A stretch of 64,000 bases of DNA, from NCBI GenBank assembly GCA_964347325.1, contig CAYFYA010000010.1, forward strand, positions 1,041 through 65,040, given 5' to 3'. A program made the position numbers and the translations under genes. Of the stretch, positions 47,157 to 56,597 are shown in pieces; position 1 is the first letter of the stretch; each line of letters begins with the position of its first letter. The notes below the pieces were generated by a model. That model was not told the DNA's origin. It searched no databases and worked only from the letters and a program-made list of their open reading frames with translations. Source of the stretch: an uncultured Methanomassiliicoccales archaeon. GTDB taxonomy: Archaea > Thermoplasmatota > Thermoplasmata > RBG-16-68-12 > JAJISG01.

Positions 47157-47797
47157 TCATCCCCCTCCATGAACTCCTCGGGTGAGAGCAGGGCGTTCAG
47201 GACCTCCAGCTCTTCGATGGCTCGGGACTCTCCGACAGGGACCACCAGGTGGACTCCATCAGTGGCGATGACGTCCTCCAGGATCTCGGCCCCGGGGTAG
47301 ATGTCCACGCGGCCCTCGGTGAATATACCCCGCACGATGGCCCCGGGCTTCAGGGTGACCTTCCCAGCGGCGTACACGATGCCCTGGACGTAGCTGAACT
47401 TGTCCATCTCCACCTCGCCGCCGGAGATGATGTTGCCGTAGGCCTTCGCCCGCTCGGCGAGGAGCACGCCTTTCTGAGCCTTCCCGCTTCCTCTCAGGAC
47501 GGAGCCTTCCGCCAGCGTCAGATGTCCTCGGGTGACGACGTTGCCATCCATCTCCGACTCCTCGAGGATCTCCAGGTCGACGCCCAGCCTTGTGACTCCC
47601 GGTCGGGCCTTGGGGTCCGTTATCCTGGCTTGGCGCCTAGATGTCCGCACCCGCCTCTTCTCCAGGTCTAGGGTCGTTGTGGGCACCACCCTGGGGCCCC
47701 GATCGTGAACCCTGGTGTGCTCCAGAATCAGCGGGATCATGAGGACCGCGGGGAGGGAGAGGCCGAGGAGGAGGAGCCAGGGTAGCGACACGGCCAT
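47153..47797 (-). CDS. Bactofilin-like (DUF583 beta-helical polymer-forming) protein with an N-terminal TM anchor
   Basis: Repetitive GxV/GxI beta-helix pattern (GSVLRGSGKAQKGVLLAERAKAYGNIISGGEVEMDKFSYVQGIVYAAGKVTLKPGAIVRGIF). Confidence 0.5.
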   Translation of the reverse strand: MAVSLPWLLLLGLSLPAVLMIPLILEHTRVHDRGPRVVPTTTLDLEKRRVRTSRRQARITDPKARPGVTRLGVDLEILEESEMDGNVVTRGHLTLAEGSVLRGSGKAQKGVLLAERAKAYGNIISGGEVEMDKFSYVQGIVYAAGKVTLKPGAIVRGIFTEGRVDIYPGAEILEDVIATDGVHLVVPVGESRAIEELEVLNALLSPEEFMEGDE

Positions 47798-49060
47798 CTA
47801 CCTACCCCCCGTCGCGCCGACAGCGTGAACGCCGTTGCCGTTGTGTGCAGTGTGGTTCCACTCGTGCTTCCCGTTCCGCCTCACCATGAGCTGCAGGAAC
47901 GCCAGGGTGCACACTAGGACATTGATGAAGAAGGCCACCAGGAGGCCCGGGAGCATCCACAGGAAGCTCTTCCTCTTGTCCATGTAGACACCCAGGCCCA
48001 CCTCGAAGAAGGGGGCAAAGTTGCCCACGGCGCTGTATGTGAAGACGGCCAGGGTGCCGAAGTAGAAGGGGAGAATGGGCGGGGACTCCGTGAGGAAGGC
48101 GGCTATGCCCAGAATCCAGCCCGCGAACAGGAGGATGGGCGAGAAGTAGAGCCACAGGAAAAGAATCATGTCCAGCTTCTGAAGGCGAGAGAGCCTGGGC
48201 GTTCGGAGGACGGCGCCGCTGTAGCGAAAGGCGCATTGCATGTGGCCCTTGGCCCACCTGTGGCGCTGCTTCCAATACGCCCGCCAGGTCGTTACGGCTT
48301 CCTCATAGGACTCTGCCTCCAGGACATAGCGGACTCGGTAGCCTTCCAGGACCGCCTTCGCCGTCAGGTCCGTGTCTTCCGCCAGCACGCTTTCGTCCCA
48401 GCCACCGAAAGCCTCCAGCAGCTCGCGCCGGAAGCCGCCCACGGTGCCGCCGTACTGGGGAATCAGTCCGAAGTGGTCACGGGCCACCTGGTCCACCCGG
48501 TAGCCACCGATCCTCTCCAGGGTGACGAGTTTGGATACGAAGCTCTCGTCCTCGTTGTAGACGGTCACGCGGCCCTGGACACCTCCGACCTCGGGGTCCA
48601 GGAAGGGGGCCACGAGCTTCTCCACGATGTCTCGCTGGGGCATGTAGTCGGCGTCAAAGGTCAGGATGATCTCACCCTGCGACCTCCGGAAAGCGTCGTT
48701 GAGGGCAGCGGACTTCCCGTTCCCTCCCACGGGCCTGTGCAGGGGCCGGATGTTGGGGTGCTCTGCGGCGTACTCCTCGATAATGTCCCCGGTCCTGTCC
48801 GTCGAGGCGTCGTCGATGGGGACGATCTCCAGCTTCTCCTTGGGGTAGGTGGTGGCCACCAGCCGGTCCAGCAGGTGGCCAATCACCATCTCCTCATTGT
48901 GGCAGGGTATGAGGATCGAGACGAGGGGTCGGTAAAGCCCGGCGACCTCCTGGTAGCTCTTCTCCCGCGGGGCACGGAAGAGGGCCAAGTATGAGAGGAC
49001 GTAGTGGCGGGCCATGTAAACCAGCATGACCGCTACGATCGGCAGGAGGAAGTACTGCAT
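47798..49060 (-). CDS. Processive family-2 glycosyltransferase (cellulose synthase / PgaC / NodC-like) with a C-terminal multi-TM region
   Basis: VSILIPCHNEE, PIDDASTD, TFDADY, QGRV, and the Q(R/Q)xRW motif WKQRHRWAKG. Start set at the internal ATG (49060), which overlaps the upstream gene's stop (ATGA). Confidence 0.8.
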   Translation of the reverse strand: MQYFLLPIVAVMLVYMARHYVLSYLALFRAPREKSYQEVAGLYRPLVSILIPCHNEEMVIGHLLDRLVATTYPKEKLEIVPIDDASTDRTGDIIEEYAAEHPNIRPLHRPVGGNGKSAALNDAFRRSQGEIILTFDADYMPQRDIVEKLVAPFLDPEVGGVQGRVTVYNEDESFVSKLVTLERIGGYRVDQVARDHFGLIPQYGGTVGGFRRELLEAFGGWDESVLAEDTDLTAKAVLEGYRVRYVLEAESYEEAVTTWRAYWKQRHRWAKGHMQCAFRYSGAVLRTPRLSRLQKLDMILFLWLYFSPILLFAGWILGIAAFLTESPPILPFYFGTLAVFTYSAVGNFAPFFEVGLGVYMDKRKSFLWMLPGLLVAFFINVLVCTLAFLQLMVRRNGKHEWNHTAHNGNGVHAVGATGGR

Positions 49061-49599
49061 CACGCGGGAGTCACCTCCGGTGCCCAGCGGCTCATGAGAG
49101 ACATGCCCACGGACCAAACGACTATCATCCAGAGGAAGTCGACCATGGGTGAAAAGATGAAGTGGACCATCCCGAAGGCATCCATGCCTGCGTAGTGGGC
49201 TGCAGAAGCTGAGAGGACGAGGCGATTGATGTTCCAGAACACGCCGACGCCTGCTCCAACGGTGGCCCAGGCAGCCTTGAACCAGAAGGGGCCCTGAAGG
49301 AGACCCATGGTGGCTGCCAGCAGGAATCCGAAGATCGCCACCGTCACAAGGCCTGAACACTCAACCAGGATGGAGAAGGCGGTGATGTCCCCGTTCGAAT
49401 TCTTGACGTAGAGCATGGGGCTGTTGGGAGCGAGGACCAGGACCGAGGGGACCCCACCCAGGGTGAGGATGCCATGGGTCAGCTGGGCAGTGAGCTCCCA
49501 AGCAAGTGGCAAGGCCAGAAAGATGGCGAGGACCGCGGCTATTCCACCCTGAGCTAACGCAGCCCCGAAATTGGGCCTGATCCACATTCGCGACAGCAT
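49060..49599 (-). CDS. Small exosortase/archaeosortase-domain membrane protein (XrtG/ArtE-like)
   Basis: 179 aa, 5-6 TM. Conserved-looking VECSGL Cys motif plus downstream Arg/Asn (WNINRLVL). The stop overlaps the GT2 start. I recognised this by pattern only. Confidence 0.4.
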   Translation of the reverse strand: MLSRMWIRPNFGAALAQGGIAAVLAIFLALPLAWELTAQLTHGILTLGGVPSVLVLAPNSPMLYVKNSNGDITAFSILVECSGLVTVAIFGFLLAATMGLLQGPFWFKAAWATVGAGVGVFWNINRLVLSASAAHYAGMDAFGMVHFIFSPMVDFLWMIVVWSVGMSLMSRWAPEVTPA

Positions 49600-49687
49600 G
49601 TCGCCACCCTGCCACAGGCTGAAGGCTCCTCTCGTCCTCCTGACTATTGAAACACGATCCGGAGTTCACTTAGAGAGTTGGATACAG

Positions 49688-49707
49688 TTATCAGAGGAGA
49701 TTATCAC
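49688..49707 (+). promoter_or_regulatory. Motif GTTATCAgaggaGATTATCAC in the divergent promoter between the exosortase-like operon and the epimerase gene. It closely resembles the 19624-19646 element.
   Basis: ggag(t)gattatcac is shared almost exactly with the site upstream of the RHH gene. Read directly from the sequence. Confidence 0.3.
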
Positions 49708-49799
49708 CGGCGTCACTAAGGGCCTCCAGACCGCTGGCTGTCCGACCAGCGCCCTCGACGCCTCGCAGGTCTTATTGTCCGTGGGGAGTTGGGTGTGTC

Positions 49800-50782
49800 G
49801 TGTCACGCGAGGACGGGACGGCTCTGGTCACAGGGGGAGGGGGCTTCATCGGCAGTCACCTCGTCAGGGCTCTTCTCACGGCGAACTTCGAAGTCAGAAT
49901 CCTTGACAACCTCTCAAGCGGCTCAAAGAAGTCGGTCCCCGGGAGGGCCGAATTCCTCATGGGGGATTCCTGAACCCGCAGGATGCCGCCGAGGCGGTGA
50001 GCGGCTGCGACCTCGTCTTACACTTGGCCGGCAACGCCAATGGCAGTCTATCGGTGGAGAATCCTCGTCTCGACTTCGAGGCCAACGTCTCGGGGACCTT
50101 CAACCTCCTGGAAGCGGCCCTGGAGGGCGATGTGAGGCGATTTGTGTACGTCTCGTCGGCTTCCGTGTACGGGGTCCCGCACGGCTTTCTCATTGGAGAA
50201 GAGCATCCGTTGGTCCCCTTCATGCCCTACGGCACCTCGAAGCTGGCCGCGGAGAGGTACTGCAGGACCTTCCTAAACACCTTTGGCCTCCGGACCCTAA
50301 TCGCCAGGCCCTTCTGCGTCTACGGCCCCGGCGAGCACCCGGACCTGGCCCTCGTCGAAGTGTCACGCTACCTTCGATGGCACCTCGATGGGGCGCCCAT
50401 TCAGGTCGTGGGCGATCCAGATAGGAAGACCAGGGACTTCGTCAACGTGGACGATGTGGTCAGAGGCCGTATCATACTCGCGGAGAGGGGTGAGGTGGGC
50501 GAGGCGTACAATATCGGTTCAGGGGAGGAGACGTCGATGAGGGAGCTCGCCCACGTGGAGGGGGACATCACGGGTCGAAAGGTTGAGCTGATGGAGATCG
50601 AGAACGTCACCGAGGACACGTATCGCCTGGTGGCGGACATTTCAAAACTCGAGTCTCTTGGTTACTCCCCGGCCGTGTCCCTGGAGCGGGGGGTGAAACT
50701 GCTTGCTGAGGAGTTGGGAGAAAGCCCCGCGCTTCCTTCTGGGTCGACCATCTTCCACCCAGGGCAGGCGGCTGAGAGGTGA
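49800..50782 (+). pseudogene. NAD-dependent epimerase/dehydratase (UDP-sugar 4-epimerase-like) interrupted by a single-base frameshift near 49967-49972
   Basis: Frame 0 encodes the Rossmann N-terminus ALVTGGGGFIGSHLV...RAEFLMGDS*. The adjacent frame continues (F)LNPQDAAEAVSGCDLVLHLAG...YVSSASVYG...YGTSK. Inserting one T after gat restores GD(F/L)LNPQD. Confidence 0.65.
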
Positions 50783-50789
50783 ACCACCC

Positions 50790-51401
50790 TCAGAGGCCAG
50801 CCGTGATCATGAAGAAGGCGCCGGTGGCGATGAGGAAGGACCCAAGGACCACGGATACGGTCCTCCTGACTCCCGGGCTCCAAAACCGCCTGGTCTTGTG
50901 CACCGTGGCGGACACGAAACCATTCCATCCCAGGTCGCAGCTCCAGTGGACGATAGCGAAGGCCACCATTCCCACGAGAGCGAAGGGGTACACCAGCAGC
51001 ATGAGGGCCAGGCCGATGGTGAGCCACCAGAGGATAAAATAGGGATTGGAGGCCGTTGTCAGGATTCCCAGGAGAAAGGGGTGGTGGGGCATCGCCTCAT
51101 TCCCGAGGGCCTCCCTTTGCCGGAGGATGGTGTTGGCCCCCAGATATATCAGCACGACCCCTCCAGCCAGTCCGAAGATGAGGGTCACCTGGGGCACATC
51201 GATGAGGTAGGCGAAGCCAGCAAAGAGTATAGCCATCAAAGGGAACTCCACCACCCCATGGCCCAAGGCGATCCAGACGCCGGCCTTCCGGTCCTCGTAG
51301 CCCTTGGCAACGGCCGCGGCGAAGACCGGTCCCGGCATCATGACGCCTGTCAGGGAGATGAAGGCTGTAAGACCTAGGAGGTAGAACAGGTCGAGGGTCA
51401 C
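50790..51401 (-). CDS. LysE/RhtB-family amino-acid exporter
   Basis: 203 aa with 6 TM. An N-terminal PGP motif (GVMMPGPVF) and a TASNPY-type second motif (LTTASNPYFILWW). Confidence 0.7.
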   Translation of the reverse strand: MTLDLFYLLGLTAFISLTGVMMPGPVFAAAVAKGYEDRKAGVWIALGHGVVEFPLMAILFAGFAYLIDVPQVTLIFGLAGGVVLIYLGANTILRQREALGNEAMPHHPFLLGILTTASNPYFILWWLTIGLALMLLVYPFALVGMVAFAIVHWSCDLGWNGFVSATVHKTRRFWSPGVRRTVSVVLGSFLIATGAFFMITAGL

Positions 51402-51503
51402 AGGGTCATCCTGCCGAAGGTCATGGCTCAGGTCTGCTTATGGCTTCCGGAGTCCCTCACCAGCCAAGCCCATTAAAGCAGCCCGAGCGTTTCACAGGCG
51501 GTC

Positions 51504-52448
51504 ATGAGAATTCTGAGTTACGATGAGGTGGACCCTTATGAGGTCTACAGGCTCGGAATGGTTGCCTTCAACTGGCCCATCACGCCGAAGTACGTCAAGC
51601 ACCGCCTCCAGAGAGATCCCCGGGTTCTCGACGGCTTCGCCATCTACGCCGTGGAGGGAGGCAAGGTCGTCTCGCAGGTTGTTCCCCTCAAGATGCGTGT
51701 CCGCTTGACGACCGGTGAGGAGACTGTGGGAGGAATCCAAGGTGTCTGCACAGATCCGGATATGTGGGGGAAGGGATACGCTCGGCGCCTCATGGTGCGC
51801 AGCCACGAGATTTACAGAGAGCTGAGCATCCGCATATCGACGCTGACGACCAGCCGCAACATCCGTGGTCATGGCATTTACGCAAAGCTAGGCTACACCG
51901 ACCTGCCACCCTTCTTCCAAGCTACGCGACTCCTACCGACAGAGCGTGAGGGGCCCAAGGGACTGCACATCCGCAGCGTGAGAGAGAAGGACCTTTCCGC
52001 GATCCAAGGGTTCTACGAGGTTCACACATCTGACCAGTTTGGATGGTCGCTACGGGACCCTGGTCTTCTTCGGATGAAAGTCGCGTGGGACCGGAAGACC
52101 CTCGATCCATACCGGATCGTGACGAGGGACAACACCGACATCGGCTACGTCCGCGCGCCGGGCCAGGGCGTGCTAACTGATGAGATCGTCATCCCAAGAG
52201 CCGAGGATTTCAAAGACATCTTGCGGGCCTTAGAGAAGGATGCGAGGGGGGATTACGCCTGCGTCTCCAGCGTGTCGACGGGACGAGACCTGGAGAGGCT
52301 CGTCGCGCTCGGGTACACCCCCTCCAGTTCCATGATGGGCAAAGTGATGGCTTTGTCCCTCTCCTCAGGGCTCAAGACAAAGGAGCTTCCACAACTCTTC
52401 GGTTCCAAGGATGGGCGTTTCGTCTTCTATCCCACGGACGGCTTCTAG
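51504..52448 (+). CDS. GNAT-family N-acetyltransferase (long, possibly Eis-like with two domains)
   Basis: Acetyl-CoA-binding pattern VCTDPDMWGKGYARRLM (Q/RxxGxG/A). 314 aa. Confidence 0.6.
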   Translation: MRILSYDEVDPYEVYRLGMVAFNWPITPKYVKHRLQRDPRVLDGFAIYAVEGGKVVSQVVPLKMRVRLTTGEETVGGIQGVCTDPDMWGKGYARRLMVRSHEIYRELSIRISTLTTSRNIRGHGIYAKLGYTDLPPFFQATRLLPTEREGPKGLHIRSVREKDLSAIQGFYEVHTSDQFGWSLRDPGLLRMKVAWDRKTLDPYRIVTRDNTDIGYVRAPGQGVLTDEIVIPRAEDFKDILRALEKDARGDYACVSSVSTGRDLERLVALGYTPSSSMMGKVMALSLSSGLKTKELPQLFGSKDGRFVFYPTDGF

Positions 52449-52489
52449 GGCGAAGGATGGAGTCGCCGCCCCTTCCGGGAAGCCCAACC

Positions 52490-53557
52490 CTAGGGCAGGA
52501 AGAAGAAGCCCACAGCGATGACAGCGTACACCACCAGTAGGAGTACACCCTCAAACCAGTTGCTCTCCCCGTCGTTCGCCACGGCACCGAAGATAGCGAC
52601 CGCGAGGCCTATGGCGATGAGCTCGAATATCTCGAAGGCCAGGGTCAGTTGGTTGCCAATGATGATGGAGGTGAAGACCAGGATGGGGGCGACGAAGAGG
52701 GCTATCTGAGCGCTGCTCGCGGCTGCTATCCCGACGCTAAGGTTCATCCGATTCCGCCAGGCCACCATCACGGCGCTACTGTGCTCTGCCGCGTTTCCAA
52801 TGACGGCGATGACAATGACGCCGAGGAAGAGCTCATTGAGCCCGAAAGCGGCGATGGAGGACTCCACCGCGTTGATGAGGATCTCGCTCATCACAGCTAC
52901 CAAGGCGGTCGCGCCACCCAGAACCAAGAGGGAGAAGCCGCGAGTCCACTCGGACTCTTCCTCCTCCTCCCCACGCGGATTGAAGATGTGGCGATGGGTG
53001 CGGAGGCTGAAGATGAGTCCCCCCACGTACGCGACGATGAGCAGTATTGAGATCGCGACGCTCATGGAGGAAATGGCCTCCCCCACGACCTCGGTGCCCG
53101 CGGAGAGGAGGAGCACCGAGGGTAAAACGAGACCCACGGTGGCGAGGAGGAGCATGGTGGCTCGGGTCGACGCCGCCCTCCTCTCAAAGGTCTGCTTCCG
53201 GTGCCGCAATCCTCCCGCAAGCATGCTGAGTCCGAGGATCAGGAGCAGGTTGCCTATGATCGAGCCCGTGATGCTCGCCTGGACAAGGGTGACGAGGCCG
53301 GCTCGGAGGGCAGCTATGGCAATGATGATCTCTGTCAGATTCCCAAAGGAGGCGTTGAGCAACCCGCCGAGGCCGGGTCCCACATCCTTGCCCAACTCCT
53401 CTGTGGCGACCCCCATGAGATAGGCCAAGGGCAGGATGGCTACGCCGGCTACTGCGAAAACCAGGAGAGACGAGACGTTGAGGAACCATAGGAGCACCGA
53501 GAGTGATACCATTATGGCAATTACCACGGAGATCTTGAGTAGCCTGGGGCCCGCCAT
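52490..53557 (-). CDS. Ca2+/H+ (cation) antiporter, CaCA/CAX family
   Basis: Two alpha-repeat signatures GNLTEIIIA and GNAAEH, about 11 TM. Start set to the ATG at 53557 (MAGPRLL...). Confidence 0.8.
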   Translation of the reverse strand: MAGPRLLKISVVIAIMVSLSVLLWFLNVSSLLVFAVAGVAILPLAYLMGVATEELGKDVGPGLGGLLNASFGNLTEIIIAIAALRAGLVTLVQASITGSIIGNLLLILGLSMLAGGLRHRKQTFERRAASTRATMLLLATVGLVLPSVLLLSAGTEVVGEAISSMSVAISILLIVAYVGGLIFSLRTHRHIFNPRGEEEEESEWTRGFSLLVLGGATALVAVMSEILINAVESSIAAFGLNELFLGVIVIAVIGNAAEHSSAVMVAWRNRMNLSVGIAAASSAQIALFVAPILVFTSIIIGNQLTLAFEIFELIAIGLAVAIFGAVANDGESNWFEGVLLLVVYAVIAVGFFFLP

Positions 53558-53644
53558 GGACCCCGGGATGGTCTCCAGCCTAAAAAACAGGCAGGCTCGC
53601 CTGACGTTCCTGCTTATGAGACGCGAGCGCCTAGCCCGGGCACC

Positions 53645-54034
53645 ATGCCCCGAGTCGTGCACTTTGAACTGGGAGCCGTCCAACCAGAGAGAGCGGTGGA
53701 GTTCTACAGGAAGGTCTTCGGGTGGGAGATTACCAAGTGGGAGGGTCCCCAGGACTACTGGCTCATTATGACGGGGGAGGAGAAGGAGCCCGGCATCGAT
53801 GGCGGCCTGGCAAAGCGAGGAGACGCCCCCTTTCCGCAGCCCGTCACCAACACCATCGACGTTCCCTCTGTGGATGAGGCCATCAAGAAGGTCGAGGCCA
53901 ACGGCGGGGAGATCCTTGTGCCAAAGAGTCCGGTCCCCGGCGTCGGATGGCTGTCATACTTCAAGGATACCGAGGGAAACATCTTCGGCATGATGGAGGC
54001 CGACGAGTCGGCACCGGCGCCTGAGCCGGAGTGA
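53645..54034 (+). CDS. VOC (glyoxalase / bleomycin-resistance) family protein
   Basis: 129 aa. betaalphabetabetabeta module pattern (VVHFELGA...AVEFYRKVFGWEI...GGEILVP...FKDTEGNIFGM). Confidence 0.75.
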   Translation: MPRVVHFELGAVQPERAVEFYRKVFGWEITKWEGPQDYWLIMTGEEKEPGIDGGLAKRGDAPFPQPVTNTIDVPSVDEAIKKVEANGGEILVPKSPVPGVGWLSYFKDTEGNIFGMMEADESAPAPEPE

Positions 54035-54081
54035 CTTCGACCTCGCGACCGCCGTTCTAGTCGGTCCTTCCTGAGTAGAAC

Positions 54082-55365
54082 CTACAATCTCCTGATACCA
54101 GCTGAGGCTAGGCTGACGAGCCCCGCCACCGCAATCAGGGCCCCACTTGCGACGAGCAGGGCTTGGACCCCGATGTGCTCCGCCAATAGTCCGACTGCGG
54201 CCATGGAGATCGGTTGGAGTCCCTGAGCCATAACGGCCCGAGCGGAGAACACACGACCCTGGAGGTCCAGGGGCACCTCTCTCTGGAAGACAGTGGAGGA
54301 GGATATGGAAGCTAGTGAGACCGCAAGCCCCATAGCCCCTAAACAACCGATGGACAGGAAGAAGAGTGTCGACCAGCCGAAGAGGATGTAAGCGGCACCG
54401 AAGCTCACGATTGCAACGATGATGTAGAGGCCGAAGTGCCTTCGGAGCTTCACAGCGGCGAAGATCAGGCTCCCACCAAGCAGCCCCGCGCCCAGGCTTG
54501 CGAAGAGGAAACCAAAACCCTCCGATCCCAGACCGAACGTCCCAGACGCCACCACTGGGAGCAGAATGACGAGGGGAGCGATGAAGAAATTCGTGAGGGC
54601 GAAGAGACCGAGCAGGGTGATCAGGGCCGGCCTTCGGCGAAGGAAGCCGAACCCCGTGGCGATATCGGCGAGAACTGTCTTCTCCGTCTGCGATCGAGGA
54701 GAGGGGAATGCAACGATGAGGAGTGTTGCGGCCGCGACGAAGAAGGTAGCGGCATCAACCCAAAGGGTGAGACTCGCCCCGAGGAAGGCAACCATGATGC
54801 CTCCGAGGGCGGGACCAAAGACAGTGCTCGTGCCGTGAGAGATTTGCAGGAGCGAGTTTGCCCGAGACAGCTGCTCCTTGTGGACGATGTTCGGGACGGA
54901 GGCGAGGAGGGACGTAACGTGGAAGATGGCCCCAAAGCCAAGGACTCCTGAGAAGGCGTACAGGTGCCAGACTTGGAGTGCGTTGAAGGCCAGCAACGAG
55001 GCGATGGTGGCCATCACTACCCCCGCAGCGCCATCCAGAACGAGCATGACCTTACGCCGGTCCCACCGGTCGACGTAGGCACCTGCGAAGGGACCCGCGA
55101 GAACGCGGGGAATCGTGCCAGCGATGGCTACGGTGGCCATGAGGACAGTCGATCCTGTCTCGAGCCAGACCCACCATACGATAGCGACGTAGGAGATTCC
55201 GCTCCCCAGCAGGGAGACAGTCTGTCCTAGCCATACTAGCAAGAAGGTCCGATTTCTGAGCGGGTACACGTTAAGAGACGCAGGGCCCTGTAGACCAGCC
55301 ACGCAGGGTGTATTCGCGAGGCCGCAATAAGCCTTCGCCGCGCTACACGATGCACCTGCCTCCAC
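54082..55365 (-). CDS. MFS transporter (12 TM)
   Basis: MFS signature-like G..VDRWDRRK between TM2 and TM3. 12 predicted helices. Confidence 0.8.
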   Translation of the reverse strand: MEAGASCSAAKAYCGLANTPCVAGLQGPASLNVYPLRNRTFLLVWLGQTVSLLGSGISYVAIVWWVWLETGSTVLMATVAIAGTIPRVLAGPFAGAYVDRWDRRKVMLVLDGAAGVVMATIASLLAFNALQVWHLYAFSGVLGFGAIFHVTSLLASVPNIVHKEQLSRANSLLQISHGTSTVFGPALGGIMVAFLGASLTLWVDAATFFVAAATLLIVAFPSPRSQTEKTVLADIATGFGFLRRRPALITLLGLFALTNFFIAPLVILLPVVASGTFGLGSEGFGFLFASLGAGLLGGSLIFAAVKLRRHFGLYIIVAIVSFGAAYILFGWSTLFFLSIGCLGAMGLAVSLASISSSTVFQREVPLDLQGRVFSARAVMAQGLQPISMAAVGLLAEHIGVQALLVASGALIAVAGLVSLASAGIRRL

Positions 55366-55405
55366 CCTGCTGCCAAAGCATTAATCCCTCTGCACCTGTC
55401 AGGGA

Positions 55406-55978
55406 TTGGTGGAGTACGCCGTCGAGAAACCGCAAGAAGGGGAGCTTGATCGCCTCCTGAAGAGGTACCGCAGGATTAGGCACCGAGTCGTGGATTGGGA
55501 TTGGAGGCAATTCGACGAGTCAAAGGATTATCCTCCCTGCGACGGTGAAGTCGTTCTCCTCATACTCGACGGCCAGGGCCGCCTCGCGGTGGTGCGAAAG
55601 AGGGGCGCCCCAGAGGACTCCTACATGTTGCCCATGGGTCGGATTGGCGAGGGAGAGAGCGTGGAACAAGCCGCGCGTCGGGAGGCCCTCGAGGAGACGG
55701 GCATGGCCGTGGGTGTCGAGGATATTCCGGCTATACACCGTGCCAGGATACGCTTCAAAAGGTGGAACCTGGAGCGATGGTACTTCATCGTCCAGTGCGC
55801 TGTTGAGGGCGGGGGGGGACCTCCCTCTGATGGGGAGGAGATAGCGGAAGTCAGCTTCATCGAACTCCCTGGCGGGATACCGAGATCGTGGGTTCGGGCT
55901 CAGTGGTTCCTGTGGGTCCTCAAGGATGCCAGCCTGCTACATCCCCACTCCTTCCTCCTGGGCAAGCCCTCCTGGTAG
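55406..55978 (+). CDS. NUDIX hydrolase
   Basis: Nudix box GRIGEGESVEQAARREALEETGM (GX5EX7REUXEEXGU). Confidence 0.75.
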   Translation: MVEYAVEKPQEGELDRLLKRYRRIRHRVVDWDWRQFDESKDYPPCDGEVVLLILDGQGRLAVVRKRGAPEDSYMLPMGRIGEGESVEQAARREALEETGMAVGVEDIPAIHRARIRFKRWNLERWYFIVQCAVEGGGGPPSDGEEIAEVSFIELPGGIPRSWVRAQWFLWVLKDASLLHPHSFLLGKPSW

Positions 55979-56090
55979 CTGGCTCGACGGGTGAGGCGTT
56001 GCTGCTGAACGCGGACCCAGTCTGGTCAGTCACGATGTGAGGTAGATATATATACAACCTAAGGTTCTCCGGGGCCGGGAGGGGCAAAAT

Positions 56091-56507
56091 TTGGCAGAGA
56101 GACCAACTGCGGCTATGGTGCTTTCGGTCATTGGCGGACTGTTCATCATACTCTTCGGTGCAGTCATCCTGTGGATAGCAAGCCTCTTTGAGAGCCTCTT
56201 GGAGGGTTTGATCTTCATCGGCGGGGAGACTCTGAACGTCGATCCAGTGCTTTGGATCCAGATTCTGGGCGGGGTCTTTGGAGTCGCGTTCGGCCTCATC
56301 ATCCTTATTGGTGGCATCGTGATGTTCATCAAGCCCGGCGCGAGCACGGCCTTGGGAGTCATCATTCTGATACTCTCCATAGCGAGCGTCCTCTCCACTG
56401 GCGGGTTGTTCATCGGAATGATACTGGGCCTCGTCGGTGGAATCCTGGGCATCGTGTTCAAACCATCGTCACCCATGCCTGCTCCTCAGGCTACGTCACC
56501 GCCGTAG
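56091..56507 (+). CDS. Small Gly-zipper membrane protein, hypothetical
   Basis: 138 aa, 4 TM with GxxxG repeats. Confidence 0.4.
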   Translation: MAERPTAAMVLSVIGGLFIILFGAVILWIASLFESLLEGLIFIGGETLNVDPVLWIQILGGVFGVAFGLIILIGGIVMFIKPGASTALGVIILILSIASVLSTGGLFIGMILGLVGGILGIVFKPSSPMPAPQATSPP

Positions 56508-56597
56508 ACTCCTGAGCACGGGTCAAGGAGCCCGACTGTCGGATGGGCTCCTACCCCCATTGCCCGACTAGGCCGCTTCGTACGATAGAGGTCCAGC

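Noticed and set aside
47798-49360. 520-aa ORF for the GT2
   Set aside because: The first 100 codons (R/G/P/H-rich) overlap the exosortase-like gene in another frame. The start was moved to the ATG at 49060 (MQYFLLPIVAV..., TM helix), which overlaps the upstream stop as ATGA.
49789-50424. 211-aa ORF starting at a TTG
   Set aside because: Its translation is R/G/P-rich nonsense. The other two frames encode the two halves of an NAD-dependent epimerase, so I called the locus a frameshifted epimerase instead.
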